This document shows, in pieces, positions 12,364-26,340 of a stretch of 64,000 bases of DNA (the stretch's first letter is position 1; each line of letters starts with the position of its first letter). The DNA is taken from contig JARDVH010000025.1 of the NCBI GenBank assembly GCA_030324005.1, positions 72,807,137-72,871,136 of the forward strand, read 5' to 3'. Both the position numbers and the translations under genes were made by a program. This DNA comes from Negaprion brevirostris (taxonomy: Eukaryota). The notes below the pieces were generated by a model, which was not told where the DNA came from, ran no database searches, and was given only the letters and a program-made list of their open reading frames with translations.

Positions 12364-13171
12364 NNNNNNNNNNNNNNNNNNNNNNNNNNNNNNNNNNNNN
12401 NNNNNNNNNNNNNNNNNNNNNNNNNNNNNNNNNNNNNNNNNNNNNNNNNNNNNNNNNNNNNNNNNNNNNNNNNNNNNNNNNNNNNNNNNNNNNNNNNNNN
12501 NNNNNNNNNNNNNNNNNNNNNNNNNNNNNNNNNNNNNNNNNNNNNNNNNNNNNNNNNNNNNNNNNNNNNNNNNNNNNNNNNNNNNNNNNNNNNNNNNNNN
12601 NNNNNNNNNNNNNNNNNNNNNNNNNNNNNNNNNNNNNNNNNNNNNNNNNNNNNNNNNNNNNNNNNNNNNNNNNNNNNNNNNNNNNNNNNNNNNNNNNNNN
12701 NNNNNNNNNNNNNNNNNNNNNNNNNNNNNNNNNNNNNNNNNNNNNNNNNNNNNNNNNNNNNNNNNNNNNNNNNNNNNNNNNNNNNNNNNNNNNNNNNNNN
12801 NNNNNNNNNNNNNNNNNNNNNNNNNNNNNNNNNNNNNNNNNNNNNNNNNNNNNNNNNNNNNNNNNNNNNNNNNNNNNNNNNNNNNNNNNNNNNNNNNNNN
12901 NNNNNNNNNNNNNNNNNNNNNNNNNNNNNNNNNNNNNNNNNNNNNNNNNNNNNNNNNNNNNNNNNNNNNNNNNAATTGAACTTTTTGAAGAGGTGACCAA
13001 GCGTGAAGACGAGGGTAGCGCAGTCAATGTAGTTTATATGGGTTTCAGCAAAACCTTTGACAGGGTCCCACATGGGAGGTTTATAAAGAAGGTAAAGGCA
13101 CATGGGATACAGGGTAATTTGATAAAAATGGATTCAAAATTAGCTCAGTTATAGGAGACAGAGGGTGATGA

Positions 13172-13290
13172 GGAAGCCCACACAAATAAGGGAAGAATGT
13201 ACAAACACCACAAAGACCATCACCCAGGTCAGGAATTGAACTCAGCTCTCTGATGCTGTGAGGCAGCGGTGCTAACTACCACGTCACTGT
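13172..13290 (-). mobile_element. HE1-type SINE head fragment
   Basis: ggaagcccacacaaataagggaagaatgtacaaac...tgctgtgaggcagcggtgctaactacc is the reverse complement of a SINE head. Confidence 0.6.
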
Positions 13291-13385
13291 AAAATTCTTC
13301 TATTGATATTGCTTGGACTGTGTGTAGTGCATACTGAGTGACAGGTTATGGAAGATACATGGTGCACATAGACACTCAGAGGGCG

Positions 13386-13416
13386 CAGGGGGGTGGGGGG
13401 GTGGGGGGGGTGGGGC
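13386..13416 (+). repeat. G-rich simple repeat, approximately (GGGGGGGT)n
   Basis: cagggggtgggggggtgggggggtggggc-type run of G tracts separated by single T. Confidence 0.7.
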
Positions 13417-14176
13417 AGTGAGGGAGGTGAAGGGTGAAGTGCAGGGGGCCTTTAAACTCTGTTGGGAACTGGGATATTGTGTTGGAGAACCGTCGCGGGT
13501 CTTCTGACTGGCCTGCTTCTATACCCACACATTTCATATACTCCAACATGGTTTACAAACTGCACTGGTAAGAGGAAGCTGGAATGAAAAGACACAAATG
13601 GCCCATGCAATCACCCATGTGTAGGGTGCAGTTTGCGAGATTTGGGAGTGCATAGATTGTATGTTTTTTTTCCAAGCTCAGAGGAAGATTCAGCTGTCAC
13701 AGTGAACCCAGCAAAGAAGTGACCACAACGTGCAGACTCCAGAAGTTGCTCCAGAATTTTAGAGAAATAATGACAGCAGCACTAATGATTTTTCCATCAT
13801 CACAGCTGCAAAATTCAGGGCATAGTAATGAAATTAGTCAAAACATACCTCACTACATGGTACTCTGGAATTATTTTAAACCAATATTTTGGTAGTTCAT
13901 GAAACTGTAATTGAAATTTCTTGACATTTTTTGTGAGAATGAATGTCCTTGATTACTACAAATTTCCTTATTTGTGTGCCTATCATTTTGTCTCTTATTG
14001 GTTTAAAAGCTAGGATCCATGTAAAGGTGATAGTCAACATACAGTATATTGGAAGCAAATAGTTGCCAGCTTATAAATAATTGGGAGGAAGAGGTTAAAT
14101 TGGTTAAAATTGGTTAAACTGTTAAATTGGTGAAATGAGCAGCTGATAAAATGAGGAGTTATGTGTTTTATGTATA

Positions 14177-14500
14177 CTCATAAAAACCCTACAGTGCAGA
14201 AAGAGGCCACCTGGCCCATCGAGTCTGCACCGAGCACAAACCCACCCAGGCCCTATCCCCATATCCCTTCAAATTTACCCACTGATCCCTCTAACCTACG
14301 CATCTCAGGACGCTAAGGGACAATTTTAGCATGGCCAATCAACCTAACCCACACATCTTTGGACGATAGGAGGAAACCGGAGCACCTGGAGGAAACCCAC
14401 ACTGACACAAGGAGAATGTGCAAACTTCACAGACAGTGACCCAAGCCAGGAATCAAACCCAAGTGCTTGGAGCTGTGAAGCAGCAGTGCTAACCACTGTA
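14177..14500 (-). mobile_element. HE1 SINE (V-type core, CR1-like 3' tail)
   Basis: Reverse strand has a tRNA-like head, the core, and the tail ggtgcagactcgatgggccaggtggcctctttctgcactgtaggg. Confidence 0.85.
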
Positions 14501-16485
14501 CGAATTGAGGCATTTACTGGTGTCGTACCTGCAGTTGAATNNNNNNNNNNNNNNNNNNNNNNNNNNNNNNNNNNNNNNNNNNNNNNNNNNNNNNNNNNNN
14601 NNNNNNNNNNNNNNNNNNNNNNNNNNNNNNNNNNNNNNNNCCTTTCTCTAGCATGCTAGATGAGGTGATGTTTGGCGCAATTAGCTTGATGACCTGGCCA
14701 TGAAAGGAGGTTTTGGTCCGATGGTGGCCTCACAGGTTGAACTGTTGGGGATGGAGTAATAAGGTCTTGAGCGTGCTGTGTGACATGTAAAGATTTGATG
14801 TTGGTGATTAAAAAAAGACATTTGCAAATAGAAATTAAAGAAAGGAATAGGATAGCAATTTCCAAAAACTATAACTATTAAATGTAGTTTGAAGGAAACG
14901 AGACAGTGGCAAACGGGATTTTAAAAAAATGGAGTGGGCACACGCAACACACGATATACTGTCAACGAGCTGTATGGTATAGAGTGGTGTCCCAGATGTG
15001 GCAAAGCTGGCTTATGAGTTTTTAAGATCATTGCAGATGTTCGGTTCAGTACTTTGTACTTGGGTTCTGCATAATTCTCAGCATATTTTGGGAAGGGAGG
15101 GGAAGGGAAAGGAGGGGAAGGGGAGGGTCCAACTAAAACATGGGTTGATTTGGATTCAGCAGGAAGTTTTAAAATCCTAAAGATCAGATTCCCAACCCAA
15201 CCTGAAACCTGCCCGGCTTTAACTGAGATAAGTAGGTGCTTTAAATTTTTTGAGTTTTGCAAATCTTGGAGAATTTAGCAGCTATATCCAAACAAGGACA
15301 TGCTGGATCCAGGAAGTGCCTTTACACCTGGATCAGTGTACCTGCCCCCACCATCACAATTTCCTCCCGTTCCCCCAGAGAACTCTGATTTTACCTCCTC
15401 CACCCCTCTGGTCTCTCAACACCCCGCATCCCCGATCATCCTCTGACATCACCATGCTCCCTACCGAGGACAAACCTCCATCCAGACCGCCAAACCCTTA
15501 TTTAGGCCTCACACCATCGTACCTCAGACTGCCAAACCCCAAAATGATTCCCCAGTGCCCATAACCCCTCCCCTCCCTCGCCATGTCAGCTCACTAGGCT
15601 TCTGATTCACTTTCCCGCCTTGTCTTTCCAGCTGAGGCAAGCAGGTAATAATCCAGTTCTCTGTCGGTCCACCCAAATCTTGGTACGCAGATATGACCAT
15701 TTGTTTTGCTGCTGTTGTTAATTAGAAAAGTCATGTTTACTATCAGTCAGACACAGGAGATATTAGTCAGACCATGTGCATAAAAAGTTGCAGTTTTACG
15801 CACTGATGGGGGACACACCCTTATGCTGCAACTCAGAAATTTACTGATGAGTGCTGAGAAATCTTGCGAATTAAACAAACTCAGAATGCACTGTGTCAAC
15901 TTGTCAGGGAAAATTAATCCAAGTGAAGTCCAAACTTTCAGGGAGGCTGAAGCTTAAAAGTATAAACTTTAAGAGAAGGTGTAAATGACATGTAGAAAAA
16001 TATAAGTTAATGATTTTATAACAATTGTATTGTTGAGATACAATTGTCTCAATTGTATTTAAAACCTTAACTTTTACATCAGAAATCTCAGTTCTAGATA
16101 TACAAATTGACAGTTTTTCCCAAAGGTATTTTGAATGATTTGACCGGTTTATCGATAAACAGTGAAAGATGACTGTTACATAGAGAAATGCTGTTATAAA
16201 GTATTTACACTGATAGCATCAACTTCAAACACTGAAAAAACATCATTACGAAAAATGGTGCCAACAAGATGTCAGTTTCATGGAGAGGATGTGCTTATCT
16301 GCAAGATTTTAAATCATACATGGATGGTTAGCTAGGTGATATATGTACATTTGAAAGTTTTAGAAGTGATTGATGAGGAAAGCGAGAATTCATTTCCTGA
16401 ATGGTGATTTTTAAAATCAGGACAAATCAATGACCCACAGAATCCTACAAGGTTTGCATTCATTATTTAGAGCTATTTCCACTTA

Positions 16486-16656
<171 letters not shown>

Positions 16657-18571
16657 CTATCAAAAGAAAACAATGGAATGTGACATATTTAAAAATTCAG
16701 ACATATTGCAGAATGCGTGCACATTGATTTGCATTTGAATAGTTCTATTTTGCCAGTTTTACTACACATTAAAATCAGAAGTCCATCACATAAGGCAATC
16801 AGAACATCTCAGTTGATTTCACATATTCTGCCCGTTAAATGAATAGCATTTGTTCGTTAGTGTCAGCTCTCATACTGCAGAAACAATCCTCAATGTAAGA
16901 AGGTTGGAAACTCACTGGGTTCAAATAGTACACAGATAAATCCTGCAAAATGAACAAGATGACTCAATGTTTTGCTATTAACAATCATTGTTGAATCTTA
17001 TATTGAACCTTTTCCTTGCTGAGGAAAATATACGATTCTCTGAAACACACATTGCCAAAACATACTGCAGCAGATTCACAAATCACATCCACGTTGGAGT
17101 TATTTACAGATGCACATAGAAATTTATCAGGGACTGTACTAGCTAGGTATTAATCCATAGAAAGCTTTACAAAATTGTATGGCTTTGAAAGGATTCAAGG
17201 GCCAGTTAGTCTGAGAAAGAATGGACTAGAAGGATACATTGATAGGGTCAGATGAAATAAAGAGACTTGTGACAAGCACAAAAATCAACATAGATCTGTT
17301 GGGCTGAATGGCCTGTATCTATGCTGTAAAACACTATGCATTCCTGTGAATTGGCTCTCAGTAGCCCCAGTGCCGGCCCTAGCTGTCTTTAAAAAATGTA
17401 CCAAGGCACAACTGAGGACAGGAGAGGGTCTTATTTGGAGTGTCTGCGAGGTAATTGCAAGGGTGATAATTACTTATGGATAACTACATAATACTAAAAT
17501 AGCTACATTGCAATATTCTATTCAAACTGCCATGTTATCAATCCTGTCAAGTAACAATCATTCCCCATAACCTTTAGTCCAAACCCACACTGTACCCACC
17601 TTGCCCATGCGAACCACCCCCCCCACAACTCACGATCAGTACAAATATAACGTGCTCCTGGCCTGTGGCCTCTTCTCCAGCATTTCCCTCTCAACAGGGG
17701 CAAAGCCTGTCAATCAGGCTGACTTTCAGGCTGGGAACCTGTTAAAAAAAAAGCATGCACGCCAATGGAGTTAAAACTCCAAAGAGTTTGTTTAATCCCA
17801 AGCCAGAACCCTTTTCTCCCCAAATTTGGAAATCCCACTCCAATAAATACAGAGGTCAGTAATACTGTACAGTAAAGGCGATAACCTAAAGCTATGTGAC
17901 TTTAGCAAACCATTGTCTTTGAACTTCAAATACAATACAATCACCCAACAATACAGCTTTGAAAAATGTCTTAATGGTCTCCTAGAGTCTCCACACTGGC
18001 TGGTGCTGGTCCCCTCTACTGCCAAGGTAGGTGCACCTTGGCTTGTACACTGTATAAGTGGGTAAGTGAAAGTGTGTCATGACAGTCTTGGGTGTATGCA
18101 CATTTCTTTCTCTCTCGTGCCTTCTCTGACTCTTCCTCCTCCAGAACCAGCCGGTACAGTAATATTAGCAGCAGCATTTCCATTGCCAGAGATGCAGCAG
18201 AGGTACACAAAGTAACAGTAGACAAAACACTGACAAGCAGTAAATGGGAGGAGGGGCAAAGATAAGAAATCAACACAGTGGACTAAAAAAAAGGAAAGGA
18301 AATTTGCCAGAATGTGAAAAATAGCTGTTATAGACAACCATGCTAAATTTAAGGAAATAAAATAAGAGGGTAGATTTACACTTGCCATACAGGCATAAAA
18401 CTGGCATTGCAGATCAGTTAACCCTTGCATAGCTCACATAATTTTAATTTGCATTCAAATCACACAAGCCCAGTTTTACAGAATTCATTGCCACAGAAGG
18501 CTGTCAAAGCCAGGTCATTGAGTATATTTAGGATAGAGATAGACAGGGGAAAGGCGGAAGAATGGGGTTGA

Positions 18572-18938
18572 GAGTGGTATTGTCACTGGATTCGTAATCC
18601 CAGGGTAATGCTCTGGGTCCTGGGTTTGAATCCTGCCATGGCAGATGGTGGAATTTGAATTCAATAAAAAAAATCTGAAATTAAGAATCTATTGATGACC
18701 ATGAAACCATTGTCGATTGTCGNNNNNNNNNNNNNNNNNNNNNNNNNNNNNNNNNNNNNNNNNNNNNNNNNNNNNNNNNNNNNNNNNNNNNNNNNNNNNN
18801 NNNNNNNNNNNNNNNNNNNNNNGTGGTTGACTCTCAACGGCCCTCCAAGGGCAACTACGGATGGGCAAACTGCCCTCCAAGGGCAACTAGGGATAAGTAC
18901 TGGCGAGCCAGCAACACCCCTGTCCCATGAATGAAAAG
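18572..18938 (+). mobile_element. tRNA-derived SINE with L2-like tail (gap inside)
   Basis: gtggtattgtcactggattcgtaatcccagggtaatgctctgggtcctgggtttgaatcc...gggcaactagggataag...ccagcaacacccctgtcccatgaatgaaaa; internal 18-bp duplication gccctccaagggcaacta. Confidence 0.75.
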
Positions 18939-20623
18939 AAGAAACTTATCAGCTATGGTTGAATTGTGGAGCAGATTCAATGGGCCAAATGGCGTAATTC
19001 TGCTCCTGTATCTTATGCTCTTATGCCTAAGCGGTAAATTGAAATCTACCCTAATATTTCCCATTAAGACTAGAAGCCCCAAAAATGTTTTAGTGAGTCG
19101 CAAGCTAAATGATGAATGTTTGCAGCATTTTTCCAGTGCTGATTCCAGTTTACAGAAATAACAAATCACTTCAATAAATTTGGTATGGTTAATGAGAGAA
19201 ATGCAATCTATACTTACTCATTTTCTGATCCCTCGTGCAAGGATAACTTTGAGAGATCAATTGGCATGCAGACAAGTTAATGTACACCCTTCTTTTTTGA
19301 TTGACACCTGCATTGCCAATGTGTGTCATTATGGAATTATCCGTGGCATCAACAATGTTGCGAATTGCAGCAATGGTGCAGACCTGGCTCACGTCTGCTG
19401 GGGTCAGGACAGTTACTCTGCTCCTGATGCTATCAACATTGAATATGTTTATGCCGAAGGCTGACTGATTCCTGTTAGGCAAGTGAATGTTTTCAGAGAT
19501 AGATGGGAATGTGGAATTCAAGACACAAGCTGGTTAGCCTTGATCATACTGAATGATGGAGCAGGAACGTGGGGCCAAATACTTCTGCTCCTACTTTGTA
19601 AGTTTGTATATGATACTTCCACTCGCAGTAATCCTTTGCATTACTGAAATATCTCCCTCATATTCCTTTTTTCCCCCATAAACATTCTATAAATTTTCTC
19701 ATATAGAGTTAAATCAAAGTGTTGAATGTCTATAATATAAACTGAGTAAGTAACCTCTCAAAGTGCATTCTGACCATTCATGTTTGAGTTAGCTGGGGAA
19801 ACACAATTTGCATCCTCCATTTACCAAATCCACCACAAATATCAGTAGAAAGTGCTTCACGAATATCAGTACATAGGTTTGTACTAACTGATGTCAAGCA
19901 TAAATCCCATGCTCTGCTAATCCACCTACCACAAATAAGGAAACAATAATCGGGGAAATAATAACTTACGCCTGCTCTGGATATTGACTTTTTAAAATCT
20001 CCTTGCAAAACTATGTGCACTCATCCATTTGGACAACTAGTGCTTCCTTTCTGACTAAAAGAGGTCATAAAGTGATACAAGGTTACAATGCTTGGAAAAT
20101 ATTTGTATACGTATTAAAATATTCATATCTTTAGTAATGAGTGAATAGACCAATGGAGGAAAGCCTAACAGGGGATCACAGGCACATATAACCTTTTGGA
20201 GAGAAACTGGAATTACATTTCCGTTTCTTGTTACTGGCATTAAAAACATTTAAAGTGGCCTAAATTATTTAACATGCTGGAAACAGAAAGCAATTTGTCA
20301 GCGGACAGAAATGGTCCTATCGTACCAGAAGAGACAGCTGCAAGTAAAGCACTTCCCACAGGAACAGCTCCTGTATCCAGAACAATTAACTGGCGGGTCT
20401 AAATGTTGCACATTATCAAACTGCTTAACTCTTGTATCACTTAAACATCATTGTCCTGCATCTTTCTCTGTCAGACGTTTATGAAGGTCAATACTTCCAG
20501 ACAAATATCCATCTCTTTTCCCTTAGCTGTTTGTGGTGAGGCTACAAATAGACTCCAAATAAACTAACACAGAAGCAAAATGTGCCACAGATGCTAAACT
20601 CTGGAATACATAAAAAATAAAAG

Positions 20624-21760
20624 GTTGACATCAAGGCAACATTCAGTTTGGCTCCAAAAAATATTAGCAAGACTCTGATTCATAGAAAATCATCCAATGG
20701 TTGAGTGAAAATAGTCATGGTTATAATCGGCCAATCAAAGTTCTTTAGAGTAGTGTCCTCAAGCCTACCATCTTCAACAACAAATAATATCACTCCTTCA
20801 ACCAGAGATGTTAATTCTGTTTCTGTCTCCAGGTGCTGGCTGACCTGCTGCATATTTCAGAAACTCTCTATGTTTACTCTACCTAAGCTATTTAGATTAT
20901 ACTGAATTTTGCTCTATTCAGTATTTCATTTAGGACTCGAGGCTTCCTCTGCCACTTTGTCAAGAAGTTGGGAAAACCTGACCAGAAGTAGCATTTTCTT
21001 TAGTTCTTACGTGTGTGTAAATGAATATCTGGCTTCTTCAAAATTAAAAGAATATGAGTTTCAAAATGTTAGGATACATGCAATTAAAAACTATTAGACA
21101 ACATCTGTCACATGTGATTACATGTTAGGTTGCTGGTCATTTAGCAATGTGACATCACAACAGCTAAAGTCTCACTCCATTCTCTGACACAGTTTCCTAT
21201 AAGCAAACAATTACTGTTTATTTTGGTAAGTAAAACAATATTAATAAAAACTGACTTTGTTTGACTTCTTAAAATGCTGAAATTTGTGCTTTTTGTTCAA
21301 AATATTTTAGCTTCTTTACAATAATTCTGAACTTTTGTCCATCTTTACCACACTGCCAAAGGGTACAGGCTGGGCCTTTACTTTATGAACATAATTATTA
21401 TCTGACATTTCTGTAGTGTGTATATTACCTACCATCTTCCAGCCCACAACTTAGTCTTACCCAGTCCTACCATGGGTGGTACAGCCTGTTCCATTTCCAA
21501 ACAAGTTGTGAATGGAGCTGAGCGCTGTACAATTATCAGTGAACAGTATAATTCATCATGTTATGACAAAGGGAGTGATGTTATTTGTTGTTGAAGATGG
21601 TAGGCCTGAGGACACTACTCTAAAGAACATTGATTGGCCGATTATAACCATGACTATTTTCCTGCATGCCATATTTCACTCAACTGTTGGGTGATTTTCT
21701 ATGAATCAGAGTCTTGCTAGTATTTCTTGGTGCCAAACTGAATGTTGCCTTGATGTCAAC
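20624..21760. repeat. Inverted repeat: arms 20624-20796 and 21572-21760, ~775-bp spacer
   Basis: gttgacatcaaggcaacattcagtttgg...caaataatatcactcc is the reverse complement of ggagtgatgttatttg...ccaaactgaatgttgccttgatgtcaac, with scattered mismatches and one ~16-bp indel. Confidence 0.9.
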
Positions 21761-21835
21761 TTTACTAACTCTTGTTCCTGCTCTGGCATTCTGATCTTAC
21801 AAAATCTTTCTATGCATGGATCAGTGCTTTGTTGA

Positions 21836-22036
21836 GAACACAGGAACTGACTTAAGAATAGCTTCTTCCCTGCTGCTGTCAGACTTTTGAATGGATCTAC
21901 CTGATATTAAGTTAATCTTCCTCCATACCCTAGCTAGGGATGTAAAACTACATTCTGCACCCTCTCCTTTCTTTCTATATGTATGGTATGCTTTGTCTAT
22001 GTACTGCACAAGAAACAATACTTTTCACTGTAAAAC
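21836..22036 (+). mobile_element. Rex1/Babar-like LINE 3' end fragment
   Basis: Encodes LKNSFFPAAVRLLNG, a C-terminal motif typical of this clade, followed by a 3' UTR ending gaaacaatacttttcactgt. Confidence 0.55.
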
Positions 22037-24000
22037 TAGTTTTTTCAGTTCCTCATTTGCACGAGCCAGTTGGTTCCCCAGTATTTTTGGGAGATGTTCA
22101 GTGTCTTCCTCTGTGAAGACAGATACAAAATAATTGTTTAGTTTNNNNNNNNNNNNNNNNNNNNNNNNNNNNNNNNNNNNNNNNNNNNNNNNNNNNNNNN
22201 NNNNNNNNNNNNNNNNNNNNNNNNNNNNNNNNNNNNNNNNNNNNNNNNNNNNNNNNNNNNNNNNNNNNNNNNNNNNNNNNNNNNNNNNNNNNNNNNNNNN
22301 NNNNNNNNNNNNNNNNNNNNNNNNNNNNNNNNNNNNNNNNNNNNNNNNNNNNNNNNNNNNNNNNNNNNNNNNNNNNNNNNNNNNNNNNNNNNNNNNNNNN
22401 NNNNNNNNNNNNNNNNNNNNNNNNNNNNNNNNNNNNNNNNNNNNNNNNNNNNNNNNNNNNNNNNNNNNNNNNNNNNNNNNNNNNNNNNNNNNNNNNNNNN
22501 NNNNAAAATACCAATCCAACATGGCCCCTCATCCCACCTTGGTTTCCTTTGTTCAGATTTAAGGCCCTAAGCTTCAGAATGAATTCATTCACTTTCAAAC
22601 TTAATGTAAAGTGTGGTCACTATTTTCTAAAGGTTCCTTTTCAATTAGATATTAACTAGCTCTTTCTCATTGTATAAAACTAATTCTAAAATAACCCGAC
22701 CCCAGTTGATTCTTCACTGTACTGCTCCAGAAACCCAGCTTGAGCACACTCCAAGAATTCATCCTCCAAAGCATTAATGTGAAATTTAGATCTAGCACAA
22801 CCTTAGAGCTGGTTGGCTCTCGAACATGCTCTAACAAACTATCATGAAAGCACTCTCAAACTCAACACCCAACTTTGTCCAATGCATATGTAGATTGAAA
22901 TCATCAGGCATTTCTCACAAGCTCCCATTATGTCTTCCTGCAGTGTGGTTACTGTTACTGGTTGAAAAACCATACCTACAAGTGGCTTCTCACCATTACT
23001 ATTTACTTACAAATACATGAATTAGGAGTAGACTACTTAGCCTCAAGTCTATTCTGCCATTCAATAAGATCATGGCTGACCTAATTGTGACCTTAACTCT
23101 AAATTCCCACCTCCCTGATAATCCCTAATTAAAAATCCTCTACCTTAAAACTATTCAAAGACTCTGCTTCCACTGTTTTTTGAGGAAGAGGATTCCAAAG
23201 ACTCATGACCCTCTCCTCATTTCTGCCTTAAATGGCCGATCCATGAATTTTAAACAATGATCCCTAATTCAAAACTCTTCCACAAGAGGAAACATCCTTT
23301 CCATATTCAACATGTCAAGACCCCTCAGGATCTTATATGTTTCAATCAATCACCTCTTATTCTTTTAAACCTAGCCTGTCAAACCTATCCTCATAAGCCA
23401 ACCTTGCCCATTTCAAGTATTAGTCCAGTAAACCTTTTCTGAATTGCTTCCAATGCATTTATGTCTTTCCTTCAGTAAAGAGACCAACAATATACACAGT
23501 ATTTCAGATGTGGTCTCTTAATACAGCCCTGTATAACTAAAGCATAACCTCTCTACCTTTGTATTTCATTCACCTCACATCTCCACCCAAACATATAGAA
23601 CATCTTGACCTCCAGATCCAGGTCATATCTCTCTCTAATGTACCACTGTCATTCTTCATTGACAGCTTTTCCTAACTTCCTATGTTTCGTAAATATCATG
23701 TGCTCTTGAGTATGCAGGCCCTAGTTATCTTGCAGCCACATCTTTGTAATGGCACACACATAATTTTTATTTGTGCAGTCTATTCACCTGTTTTGTTACA
23801 TTCATTCAGAAAATGAGCCTTTAATTGTGTCTTTTTACTACTTTTGTAGTCTCTAGCCTTATCTGCTGGTGCATTCTTAGATTTGTACACTCTGTCTCTT
23901 CCTGGAATGCTCCGATCACCATTTCCCTTATTGATACATTATTCTCTTGCCTTGTCTTCTCTCTTATCATTACATTTCTGGGTAACTGTTCCTCTATTTC
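22030..24000 (-). mobile_element. Cluster of decayed CR1 fragments (ORF2 pieces and a 3' end)
   Basis: Reverse strand LNNYFVSVFTEED and LNLNKGN; CR1 3' end at ~23015-23580 (catgaattaggagtagactacttagcctcaagtctattctgccattcaataagatcatggctga). Confidence 0.75.
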
Positions 24001-26085
24001 TGGTAAATAAAATGCTATATATATGTTTATTCTGATAAGAAATAACATTTATTTCATGCAACAAAATGTATGACATGCTTTACAGAGAAGTGCTGAATAA
24101 TGAGCCAGGAATCCATGTTCCCAATATTGCTATGATGGAAAGACAGGACATAAACAATACCCCTCTCACTACATCATTTGAACGTCATCCAAATNNNNNN
24201 NNNNNNNNNNNNNNNNNNNNNNNNNNNNNNNNNNACACCTTTTACATCTTTGGGCTCAATTTGTCCAATGTTTTAATTCAACCAGCTTTCTGAGCTGTAC
24301 ACTACTTAATCTCCAAAGAGATTAAGTAGTGTACCATGTGCTCCCAATTTCACATTAATTTGTGCTTGCTCTGTCATCCCAGCCTCCAGTGGCTCTTCCC
24401 TCACTCCAAGAGATGCAGTCACTCATTATCAAATCATCATTGATTTTGCTCCTCTATATTTCTGCAGTCTTCTCCAGTCCCATGCCCCTGTTTATTTCCC
24501 TCATTTGCAGATAATTTTAACTTGGGCATAATTCCACTTTGACCATCAATGGTAGAGACTTCAACAATTTGATCCAGTACCATGTAACTCTCACTCTAAA
24601 GTCCTTCACCATATTACTTCTGTCCCTACTTTTAAAGCTTCCTCAAAACCCAACTCCTGGACGATGGTTTTGTCACTTCCCTAAAACCTTTGCTCTTTTG
24701 CAAAGAACCTCGGGATGTTTATTGAATGAAAGGCACTATCTAAATGTAAGTAGTTGGTTGCAGCAAAGCCAATTTGACTAAAATAATCATCTGTGGAAAT
24801 GTAACATAATGGCCAGGTATCTATGACAGGATTCAATCTGTTGCACGTCAAAATAACCAGACATCCTTTGGAAAATACTTAACACTTTGAACTGATTTTA
24901 GCCAAAGGCAAATGCTGCGGCATTGCTGAAACCAGTTCATATTTGAAACATCTAACAAAAACTTTTCCCAAAAATATTCTCTCTTATTTTTAAGTCTGTC
25001 AGGGAAGTGTAAATAAGTATAAAATATTTTTGACAAACATAATAAACTTATCCTGTTTCTCAATCCAATGAATGTGTATTCACATCAACAAGAAAAAAAT
25101 TGCTAATGTTGCCAAATTACTGCCTTTAAAATATCTGCCCACAGACTGTGTTCCAATATCTGTATACAGCTAATGTTTAAAAATAGATTCAAATGTCCGG
25201 TTACTTGCTGAAAATATGACACAGCAATATTTCACATTTTAAAATTTTTACCGTAGCAAATGACTAAATACTATTCTCTTTTTGTAGAAAATTATACTTG
25301 AAACTACAGAGAGAAACATTCCCCATGTATACTTATCACCCATCACACGCCCCATGAAATTACAGTGCTTATAACAAGCAGTGCACACTTCTTCCCAGCT
25401 TCGAATCGCTTCCCACATCCCCACTTCTCTAAGTAGTAAATTTGAGTGGCCACCTCCAGGAACATTCCATAGTTCTGAAGGGGCTCTTAAATCCAGCACC
25501 AGCAGTAAATCCTGTTCTGATTATTCTTCTTCTCCGCGGTCACACCAGGATGAATCTCCCAGAATCCTGAGATGGCTGTAGGATTCCCTCTTTGACTAGA
25601 GATCATCTATTTTCCACATCTAGTTGTGATAGCTCACAATGTCATGCAGGGTCTCCTTGCTGCTAACTACGTAAAGCTGCTGCCCATCTGAAATAATCAT
25701 TGATTTGCAGGGAAACTTGTAACCTGATCTCAAAATGGCTTTCTTGCCCTCTTTCCCATGGCAACACATTAACTTTGCATCCGGGTAGAAATGCTGACTA
25801 GTTGTTTTTGACTTCAGCTCCCTTTCATCTTAGAAGTAAATGGACAGTTACTGCACAACTGTTTGCAACCAGATACATAGAACACCATTCTGGGACTTTG
25901 AGTAAGCTCATTGTAAAATCAGAGACAAGCTAAGTGTAAATACCTTGCACTTTTGCCACAGTAATTTAAACCTTCCTTTGATTACAAACAATTAAACCTC
26001 ACTGGCTTACTGTCAGGCAGATTTCAGAACAAGTCATCTGACTATCTTTGTCCACCCTAAATGTGAAGCTACAGTCTCAAAACAT

Positions 26086-26340
26086 GATGTGGAAATGCTG
26101 GCGTTGGACTGGGGTAGGCACAGTAAGAAGTCTCACAACACCAGGTTGAAGTCTAACTGTTTACTGTTATTTCATATGACTCGCATTCCAACCATTACCT
26201 TGTAATTGAGTCTGTGTCTATATATTCCCTGTTTGTGAACCCAACTCCCACTCACCTGGTAAAGGAACAGTGCTCCGAAAGCTTGTGCTACGAAATAAAC
26301 CTGTTGGACTTCAACCTGGTTTTGAGAGACTTCTCACTGT
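26086..26340. mobile_element. Penelope-like insertion with inverted arms, tail and degenerate hammerhead
   Basis: Tail plus arm at 26086-26160; inverted arm at ~26295-26340; cacCTGGTAAaggaacagtgctccGAAAgcTTgtg at 26253-26287; flanks gtctcaaaacat (26074-26085) and gtcccaaaacat (26339-26350). Confidence 0.75.

Larger units (their letters stand above)
10570..13170 (+). mobile_element. Decayed CR1-clade LINE ORF2 (APE endonuclease to RT), interrupted by two Penelope-like insertions and a gap
   Basis: NTRSIAGKTDKLRA...WNCDIVAI / GGGALFVKES / DFNFPNI / AVLDLILGNE / ENPKIFYKYINGKR / FEEVTKREDEG...VYMGFSKTFDRVPH; multiple stops and frameshifts. Confidence 0.9.

Noticed and set aside
19180-19521. Overlapping 94-aa and 110-aa ORFs
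   Set aside because: No recognisable homology or exon signals; lengths are within chance expectation.
25250-25920. Unique, coding-like stretch with Cys/His residues on the minus strand
   Set aside because: Multiple stops, no family I can recognise and no consistent splice signals.
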